A stretch of DNA of 64,000 nucleotides from the IMG/VR virus record IMGVR_UViG_3300035447_000008; one strand, written 5' to 3'. The notes beneath the pieces are model-generated. The model had not been told where the DNA came from, did no database searches, and was given only the letters and a program-made list of their open reading frames with translations. This stretch comes from an uncultured virus (IMG/VR IMGVR_UViG_3300035447_000008) (lineage: Duplodnaviria > Heunggongvirae > Uroviricota > Caudoviricetes). Shown one piece after another: positions 57,668 to 64,000 of the stretch; positions within the stretch are counted from its first letter, which is position 1, and every line of letters begins with the position of its first letter. Both the position numbers and the translations under genes were made by a program.

Positions 57668-59194
57668 ATGGCTGACGAACAAGATGCCTCCGTTGCGGAG
57701 AGTGTTGAAGATGTGCAGCTTGAACAAGGCTCTAATGAGATTCCAACGATAGCATATCGTGAGCAGGGCTTCAACGGTCTAACCACTTTAGGTGGTCAAA
57801 TTTTTGAAGAATGCTCACATGAGCTGCGCTGGCCTCAAGCAATTGAAACGTACAAGAAGATGGCTAAGGATGCTGCTATCAGCCCAGCCCTTGAACTTGT
57901 TGAAACCATGATTGCACGTGTTCCTTGGGATGTCAAGATTCCTGAAGGGTATGAGGAGGAATTAGCTGACAAAGCCAATTATCTCAAGCAAGTGATGACT
58001 GATATGGATCATGACTGGCAGAGCATGATTAAGCAAGCTGCTACGTTCAACCGCTACGGTTTCTCAGTCCTAGAGATTGTTCTTCGGTATCGTCGTAAAG
58101 AGAATGGGTCTAAATTCAATGATGGACTTGTAGGAATCAAGAAGCTCCCAATCCGTGCTCAAGACACCATTGAAGGGTGGTACTGGAAGAACTCTGGTCG
58201 TGAGCTTGCTGGACTTGTTCAACGAGTAGTTGTTCCCGATAACGCTGGAGGGAATGGCTGGGATTTTGTAAACGCTACAGCATCCACATCCCAAACTAAA
58301 CCAGTACGGTTGCCACGCAAGAAGTTCCTCCTGTTCCGTAACAACCCACTCAAAGATTCACCGATTGGGGTGAGCAGTTTGAATGGAGCGTGGCAAGCCT
58401 GGAAGTATAAGACAGCATACGCCGAGGCTGAGGCCATAGGCTGTGCTCAAGATGCAAATGGCTTTAAAGTATTGTATCTACCTCCTCAGTATATGGCTAC
58501 TGATGCTTCTGATGAGAACAAGGCTGTGTTTCAAGCCTATCAGCAAGCAATGGCTAATATGCACGTTGCTAAGCAATCAGGTTTGATTCTTCCTCTGCTT
58601 CTTGATGAAACTGGTAAGCGGATGTTTGATTTTGAAGTGATGAGTGTTACCGGACAGAAATCCTATAACACGAATGACATCATTAACCGCTATACTCGAG
58701 AGATTCTGACTTGTTTGTTTGCCGACTTCTTGGCCCTTGGTCAACAAGGTGGTGGCTCATTCGCTCTTGGTGAAACAAAAGTAAGCATCATCGAGATGGG
58801 TATTCAGGCAAAGCTTGACGAAATCAAGAATCAGCTCAATCACCAACTTGTTCGTACCTTGTTTGAACAGAATGGTTGGGATACAACAATCATGCCAGAA
58901 TTCACTTACGGGAACGTTAGTAAAGAATCTCTGGATGAAGTGAGTAAGTTTATTCAACGTACTGCTGCTGTTTCTACATTCCCGCGTAATCGTGACACGA
59001 TCAACTGGGTGATGAAGCAAGCTGACATCCCTTATCGTGTTCCAGACACAATGACACAAGAAGAGCTTGATACTGCTCTTGGGAATATGACATCGAAGTC
59101 AGGAAGCGGAATGGCTGAAGGACTTAACTCTGGTACGGGTACGGTGGATGGCAGTTCCGGCGACAGTTCAATTTCTAATGCGGAGAATACTTAG
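57668..59194 (+). CDS. Portal protein
   Basis: Directly after terL; 508 aa; YGFS..E, GGSFALGE motifs. Confidence 0.9.
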   Translation: MADEQDASVAESVEDVQLEQGSNEIPTIAYREQGFNGLTTLGGQIFEECSHELRWPQAIETYKKMAKDAAISPALELVETMIARVPWDVKIPEGYEEELADKANYLKQVMTDMDHDWQSMIKQAATFNRYGFSVLEIVLRYRRKENGSKFNDGLVGIKKLPIRAQDTIEGWYWKNSGRELAGLVQRVVVPDNAGGNGWDFVNATASTSQTKPVRLPRKKFLLFRNNPLKDSPIGVSSLNGAWQAWKYKTAYAEAEAIGCAQDANGFKVLYLPPQYMATDASDENKAVFQAYQQAMANMHVAKQSGLILPLLLDETGKRMFDFEVMSVTGQKSYNTNDIINRYTREILTCLFADFLALGQQGGGSFALGETKVSIIEMGIQAKLDEIKNQLNHQLVRTLFEQNGWDTTIMPEFTYGNVSKESLDEVSKFIQRTAAVSTFPRNRDTINWVMKQADIPYRVPDTMTQEELDTALGNMTSKSGSGMAEGLNSGTGTVDGSSGDSSISNAENT

Positions 59195-60552
59195 TGGCAC
59201 ATGAAATCTATCGTCTGAGGGAGAAATTGTGCAACACTCCGCACCTTATTCATCCCTCCTCGTTTGAAACGATTATTGACTACGTTGAAAAGCGTTGTGA
59301 AGATGGGGAACCGGGAGAAGCTGTTCAAGCCACTTCTCGCTACTCTTACAACCAAGACCTTCAGGTAGCAGTATTGAATATTGATGGTCCTCTGACATAT
59401 AAGCCTGTCACTATGATGGGCTTTGATTGTGGTGGAACATCCTACCAACAACTTAAAGAAGACTTTAGCTATCTTGTAGAAAGCGGAGTTAAGACAGTTG
59501 CTATGAATATCTCTAGTGGTGGTGGTGAAGCTTATCAAGTGTTTGCTACTGCTCGGTATATGAAAGAGTTGGCTGTTAAGAATGAAGTCAAGCTTCTTTC
59601 GTTTGTGGATGGTATGGCAGCAAGTGCCGCATATGCTCTGGCCTCTATTGGTGATGAGATTATCCTGAACGAAGGCTCTGAAGTGGGTTCGATTGGAGTA
59701 GTTGTGAGGCTCCTTAATAACTCCAAACAGCTTGAGAAAGAAGGTGTGCAACGCATCTTCGTAACAGCAGGAGATAGCAAAGTTCCTTTCGATAAGGAAG
59801 GTAACTTCCGCGAAGGTTTTCTTGCTGACCTACAAGAGAAAGTAGATTTTCTTTATGACGAATTCACAGAGTTTGTGGCAACAAATCGTTCCCTCTCTGT
59901 CGATGCGGTGAGAGCCACAGAAGCAAAAACTTTCCTTCCTGAGAAGGCTTTGCAACTTGGTCTGGCCGATTCTGTAATGAACTCGGAAGAGTTTTATACT
60001 TATTTGGCTGACTCAGTACAGCGAAAGGAAAACACTATGCTTAAAACTAAACTGTTCGGCATGAACAATAAAGAGGAAACAATTGATATGTCTGTAAATA
60101 TGGCACAACTGGAAGAGCTGCAAACTCAGCTTTCCCAATATGAAGCACAACTCTCCACCCTGCAAGCATCTCTTGAAGAAATGGGCGGTGTTAAGGCTGC
60201 TCTTGAAGCTGCTCTGGGTGAAAAAGAAACCGCTCTGGCTGATGCTCAAGCTCTGGTTGCAAAACTGGAAGAAGAGAAAGTAGAGCAGAAATTGCAAGCT
60301 CGTAAAGACAAGCTGGCTGCTGTCACTTCCGCTGACCAAGTAGAAGCTCTGGCTGCTTCCCTGTCTTCTCTGGACGACGTTGCATTCTCCACTGTTGTGG
60401 GCGCTATGGCTGCTCAAGCTAAAGCTCTTGAAAACAGTGAGATGTTCACCGAGGTCGGTGACCAAGGCGTAGAGGCTTCTGTTGAAGAGACCGCTGCTCC
60501 GAAAACTTCCACTACTGATGCGCTGATTCAAGCCCGTCTTCAAAACCGTTAA
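59194..60552 (+). CDS. Head maturation protease (S49/SppA-like) fused to coiled-coil scaffold
   Basis: SSGGGE, AASAAYALAS, VGSIGVV; C-terminal heptad region. Confidence 0.92.
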   Translation: MAHEIYRLREKLCNTPHLIHPSSFETIIDYVEKRCEDGEPGEAVQATSRYSYNQDLQVAVLNIDGPLTYKPVTMMGFDCGGTSYQQLKEDFSYLVESGVKTVAMNISSGGGEAYQVFATARYMKELAVKNEVKLLSFVDGMAASAAYALASIGDEIILNEGSEVGSIGVVVRLLNNSKQLEKEGVQRIFVTAGDSKVPFDKEGNFREGFLADLQEKVDFLYDEFTEFVATNRSLSVDAVRATEAKTFLPEKALQLGLADSVMNSEEFYTYLADSVQRKENTMLKTKLFGMNNKEETIDMSVNMAQLEELQTQLSQYEAQLSTLQASLEEMGGVKAALEAALGEKETALADAQALVAKLEEEKVEQKLQARKDKLAAVTSADQVEALAASLSSLDDVAFSTVVGAMAAQAKALENSEMFTEVGDQGVEASVEETAAPKTSTTDALIQARLQNR

Positions 60553-60570
60553 TTTAAAGGAATTTAAAAT

Positions 60571-61029
60571 ATGCCTTTCGTAACTATGCCTTACTCCAAG
60601 CGCCTGTCTGACCTCGTTGTTCACGAAATTGATCCGAGCGTTGGTTATGGCCGTAAATGTGTAAACGTCACCCCTCCGGCTGGTGGCGCTGCTGTTGAAA
60701 TCGGCACCGTTGTTTACCGTGCTAAGGGTACTGACCCTGAAGGTGCTTACGCAGTTCTGAGTGCTGCTGCTCAAATCGCAGAGACCAACGAGTTTGCTGT
60801 TATTTACGGTGACCACTACAGCTTCAATCCTTCGTTTGTTCCGCGTGCTATTGCTGCTGGTCAGTACAACGCTGTTGGTTTTGTTGGTCATTCTGGTGGC
60901 CTGCAACTGAAAGAATACTACATTCGCCAGTTCGCTGACACCCTCGGAACCCCGCTTACCGATGCTCAGTTTGCTTCCCTGAAAGAAGTGCTGGAAAAGC
61001 AAGGTATCGTGGTTCTGGAAACCAAGTAA
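60571..61029 (+). CDS. Head decoration / capsid stabilising protein
   Basis: Between protease and major capsid gene; strong RBS and highly biased codons. Confidence 0.8.
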   Translation: MPFVTMPYSKRLSDLVVHEIDPSVGYGRKCVNVTPPAGGAAVEIGTVVYRAKGTDPEGAYAVLSAAAQIAETNEFAVIYGDHYSFNPSFVPRAIAAGQYNAVGFVGHSGGLQLKEYYIRQFADTLGTPLTDAQFASLKEVLEKQGIVVLETK

Positions 61030-61075
61030 TCGGCATATTTTGCCAAGTCTCTAATCAATAAAGGAAAGTTAAAAT

Positions 61076-62140
61076 ATGCCTCTCGTAATTAACCCGAATG
61101 ACCGCACTAAGGTAGTTGACCGTACCGACAGCCTGATTCAAATCCCGAACACTGTAGGTATCACCAACGCCCTTGGTCTGTTCACTCCGACCTTCTCCAG
61201 TCAGAAGACTGTTGAAATCACCCGCACCAAGCGTGGCTCCACTCTGTTGGAAGACCGTAACTGGGATGAGCGTAACCAAACTATCGCTGGTCGTCAACGC
61301 GACTCGCTGCTGCTGAAGATTCCGCACTTCCCAGCAGATGACGCTATCACCCCGAACGACATTGACGGTATTGTTTCTGCTAACTCTATGGCTGAAGCCG
61401 CTGAGCTGGAAAGCGTTGCTAACGTCCGTGCTGACAAGATGTTTGACCTGCGTGAAGCTCATGGTCTGACCCTTGAAGCCGCTCGTATGCAGCTTATCAC
61501 TGCCGGTACTGTCTATGCCCCGAACGGCACTGTATCGACCAACTACTACACTGAGTTTGGTATTACTCGTGAAGAGATTGGTGTTGATCTGGCAGCTTCG
61601 GTTGACCCGCGTACTGACTTCGCTGATGCCAAGAAAGCTGTTCGTGCTGGTCTGACTGGTGGCCAAGCTGGCACCATCCGCCGTTTCGTTGTTCTGGCTT
61701 CGGATAGCTTCTTTAACGCCCTGCTGCTGAACCCCTATGTTACCGATGCAATGAAGTCGGAGCGTAGCACTCAGTCTCTGGACGTTCTGCTTGGTGCTCC
61801 GCAAGCTCTGGCTCAGGATGCTCGCTTTGAGTATGTTGACCTGTTCGGTATCACCTTCATCAACGCTGGCGCTGCTGGCTACGAAGATGCCGATGGTGAC
61901 TTCGTTCCGTTCGTACCGGAAGGTGATGCGTACATGATGCCGGTTGGTGTTCGTGATATGTTTAAAACCTACTTCGCCCCTGCTAACCGTTTCGGCACCA
62001 TCAACCGCCGTGCTCAGGGTAGCTACTGGTTCGAGTACATGAACGAGAAAGATGACATCATCGAGATTATGACTGAGCAAAACTTCCTGAATGCTCTGCT
62101 GAATCCGGGTGCTATCGTTCGTCTGTTCCTTAGTGTATAA
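61076..62140 (+). CDS. Major capsid protein (lambda gpE-like HK97 fold)
   Basis: Position, 354 aa, IPHFP.DD.I.P.DI, highly biased codons, downstream hairpin. Confidence 0.92.
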   Translation: MPLVINPNDRTKVVDRTDSLIQIPNTVGITNALGLFTPTFSSQKTVEITRTKRGSTLLEDRNWDERNQTIAGRQRDSLLLKIPHFPADDAITPNDIDGIVSANSMAEAAELESVANVRADKMFDLREAHGLTLEAARMQLITAGTVYAPNGTVSTNYYTEFGITREEIGVDLAASVDPRTDFADAKKAVRAGLTGGQAGTIRRFVVLASDSFFNALLLNPYVTDAMKSERSTQSLDVLLGAPQALAQDARFEYVDLFGITFINAGAAGYEDADGDFVPFVPEGDAYMMPVGVRDMFKTYFAPANRFGTINRRAQGSYWFEYMNEKDDIIEIMTEQNFLNALLNPGAIVRLFLSV

Positions 62141-62151
62141 AACTGAGTGAA

Positions 62152-62182
62152 TAAGGGGGCTTGAAATATAGTCCCCCTATGT
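62152..62182 (+). terminator. Hairpin or terminator after the major capsid gene
   Basis: AGGGGGC ... GTCCCCCT inverted repeat. Confidence 0.55.
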
Positions 62183-62195
62183 CTAGGAGATTCCT

Positions 62196-62372
62196 ATGGA
62201 TGTTGAAACTAAAGCTGGTTGGATTTACACAGTTCGCCAGCTTGCTGCTGGTCTGGATGTATCCACTAAAGCAGAAGTAGTTGCTCTTGAGCCTATTGCT
62301 GATCCTGCTACGGCTACTGCCGGAGATGTTGCTACTCTTCTGAATGAAGTAGTTGCTGCTCTCAAGGCTTAA
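62196..62372 (+). CDS. Small head-fibre-like virion protein (below ORF-track cutoff)
   Basis: AGGAG RBS; MDVETKAGWIY...ATATAGDVATLLNEVVAALKA. Confidence 0.75.
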   Translation: MDVETKAGWIYTVRQLAAGLDVSTKAEVVALEPIADPATATAGDVATLLNEVVAALKA

Positions 62373-62426
62373 AGATTATAGGGCAAGCCATTTGGTTTTG
62401 CCCTCCTTAAATTAAAAGGAGAGGCT

Positions 62427-62840
62427 TTGCCCATGACTGACGAAGAGAAAATAGCTCTTATCAGGATTCTTATTGGCGATCTTCCTACGTCGCCTTTTTA
62501 TCAGTTGTTTACGGACGAAGAACTACAGAAGCTTCTTGACCTTAACAACGGTGATTTATACAAAGCAGCTCGGATGGCTGCAATCTCTGCCTCTATGCAA
62601 TTGGCTGGTTGGAGCACGAGAGAGCGGACCGGAGATATTGAAGTGTGGTCTTCGTTGTCTACCAACTATCTCAAAGCTCTTGACTACTTTATCAGAAACC
62701 CAGATGTATCAATTCCAAACGGTTTGATGCCTTGGTATGGCAGTAAAGATAGTTGTTCCAAGCTCTTGAATATTCAAGTTTGTGACCATGAAGATTCTTG
62801 TGGTTGCACGTCCTGTAAGGCTTTCGGTTCTAGATTTTAA
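62427..62840 (+). CDS. Head-tail adaptor
   Basis: IRILIGD..LFTDEEL motif; position. Confidence 0.8.
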   Translation: MPMTDEEKIALIRILIGDLPTSPFYQLFTDEELQKLLDLNNGDLYKAARMAAISASMQLAGWSTRERTGDIEVWSSLSTNYLKALDYFIRNPDVSIPNGLMPWYGSKDSCSKLLNIQVCDHEDSCGCTSCKAFGSRF

Positions 62841-62849
62841 GGAGAAGCT

Positions 62850-63218
62850 ATGCTACGTCCTCAGTTTCTTCTTACAAAGAAAATTCCTTTGACGATCTAC
62901 AGAAAAGAGGCTGGCTCTTACGTTCGTGGTGTTTGGGTTGATGGTGCGGAAGTCGAAGTTGTTGTTGAAGTAAATATTCAACCTGTCAAACCTTCTGAAG
63001 TTCAAATGATGCCTGAATCTGATCGCACTCGTGAGTGGTATAGGCTTTGGACAACTGACCTTGTAAGAACAAAGCAAGAGGGTGATTCGGGGTGGGATGC
63101 TGATGAATTTATTTGGCGCGGTTATCGTTACCAGATAATGAAAGTTCAGAGCTGGGATATGGGAGTTCTTGACCATTATTCGGCGTGGGCTGCTAGGATT
63201 TCTGTAACTCCAAATTGA
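62850..63218 (+). CDS. Head closure (stopper) protein
   Basis: G.YV.G.WV, NIQP, AD...W.G..Y; position. Confidence 0.8.
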   Translation: MLRPQFLLTKKIPLTIYRKEAGSYVRGVWVDGAEVEVVVEVNIQPVKPSEVQMMPESDRTREWYRLWTTDLVRTKQEGDSGWDADEFIWRGYRYQIMKVQSWDMGVLDHYSAWAARISVTPN

Positions 63219-63219
63219 G

Positions 63220-63732
63220 GTGTGTATGATTAGAACAGGTTATACAGCAGATACCTCGGAATGGAAACGAATCAAAAGGCAGCTTCTTGCTTCGAACAAA
63301 AAGAGTTTGCAGATTGGTTGGTTTAATGGAGATTTACATTCTCAGGCAACTGAAGCTGGCCCACCAATCCCACTAGCTCAACTTGCCAAATGGTTGCACG
63401 ATGGTACGGTGAATACTAATGGTTCAACAATCCCACCAAGACCATTCATATCCGAAGGCTTTATGGTGTATTTAAAGAATAGACCAATCTTTGAGAACGC
63501 TTTGAAAAGAAGACTTCCTCTGGTTATTGAAGGGAGGATGAGTTGGGAACAACTATATGCTTCTCTTGGTGATGACATGGTTGAGCTGCTTCAGATGGTG
63601 ATGGACTCTTGGTCTTATCCGGCTAATGCTCCTCTTACAATCGCACTGAAAGGACGAGACGATCCTCTGGATAAAACGGGAGAACTTATCTCCAAAGTTA
63701 AATGGCGTATCGGAGATAAGGAGTTTGTTTAA
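63220..63732 (+). CDS. Neck / tail completion protein
   Basis: HDGT..IPPRPF, NAPLTIALKG.D.PL..TG.L. Confidence 0.8.
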   Translation: MCMIRTGYTADTSEWKRIKRQLLASNKKSLQIGWFNGDLHSQATEAGPPIPLAQLAKWLHDGTVNTNGSTIPPRPFISEGFMVYLKNRPIFENALKRRLPLVIEGRMSWEQLYASLGDDMVELLQMVMDSWSYPANAPLTIALKGRDDPLDKTGELISKVKWRIGDKEFV

Positions 63733-64000
63733 TGTCTGTCTACAGTCAAATCAGAGACGCATTGTTCGATAGCTCTGATGCCCTAATAAAAAGAACAGAA
63801 TATACCCCACAGATTATCTTCAGTCACGGTAATGGCCTAGAACCAACTAATGACTACATCGTGATTAACATTCTTGGACTTGAACAAACGGGAAGAGTTT
63901 ACAACTCATCTTTGACAGATGGGATTGTTGGGCCGACAGGTCTTAAGTCACATTTCCAAAGCTTCCACGAAGCTCGTGTTCAGTTCAGTTTTTACGGTAG
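63732..64000 (+). CDS. Probable tail terminator, 5' part (runs off the window)
   Basis: TAATG coupling; MSVYSQIRDALF...EPTNDYIVINIL; position. Confidence 0.65.
   Translation, partial: MSVYSQIRDALFDSSDALIKRTEYTPQIIFSHGNGLEPTNDYIVINILGLEQTGRVYNSSLTDGIVGPTGLKSHFQSFHEARVQFSFYG

Noticed and set aside
60013..62080. Long antisense ORFs (329 and 341 aa) opposite the scaffold and capsid genes
   Set aside because: Shadow frames expected from the strong codon bias of highly expressed genes; no RBS or recognisable motifs.
1..64000. Integrase, repressor, reverse transcriptase or hypermodified-base pathway
   Set aside because: No matching motifs seen; nucleotide genes (thyX, dut, dCMP deaminase) fit ordinary dTTP supply.

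Overview
This window is about 64 kb of a lytic tailed-phage genome with a Felix O1/PAK_P1-like myovirus layout. The host is probably a gammaproteobacterium, inferred from sigma70 promoters and a dif-like site; it cannot be identified from the sequence. (1) 1-15.7 kb, minus strand, replication and nucleotide metabolism: partial thyX, dUTPase, metallophosphoesterase, nucleases, GapR/DsbA-like protein, SSB, family A DNA polymerase and a primase-helicase lacking its Zn-binding domain. (2) 15.7-29 kb, plus strand: a hairpin-dense non-coding leader, HNH genes, a C5 DNA methyltransferase and an array of small early genes, many with their own promoter. (3) About 29-29.8 kb: a non-coding convergence zone with a XerCD dif-like site. 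(4) 29.8-49.2 kb, minus strand, accessory genes: second C5 methyltransferase, dCMP deaminase, ClpP-like protease, PhoH, nucleotidyltransferase and several homing endonucleases. (5) 49.4-64 kb, plus strand: PolA/T7-RNAP-like (TV-Pol-like) polymerase, probable TerS, two tRNAs among structured RNAs, TerL, portal, protease-scaffold, capsid and neck genes. Most striking: (a) a complete HNH endonuclease gene nested out of frame inside the methyltransferase, whose frame stays open across 217 extra codons with no intron or intein hallmarks; (b) the TV-Pol-like gene and an HNH gene share an apparent winged-helix domain, and both sit at divergent transcription points carrying the same 15-bp motif. All assignments were made by eye from motifs; no database search was run.
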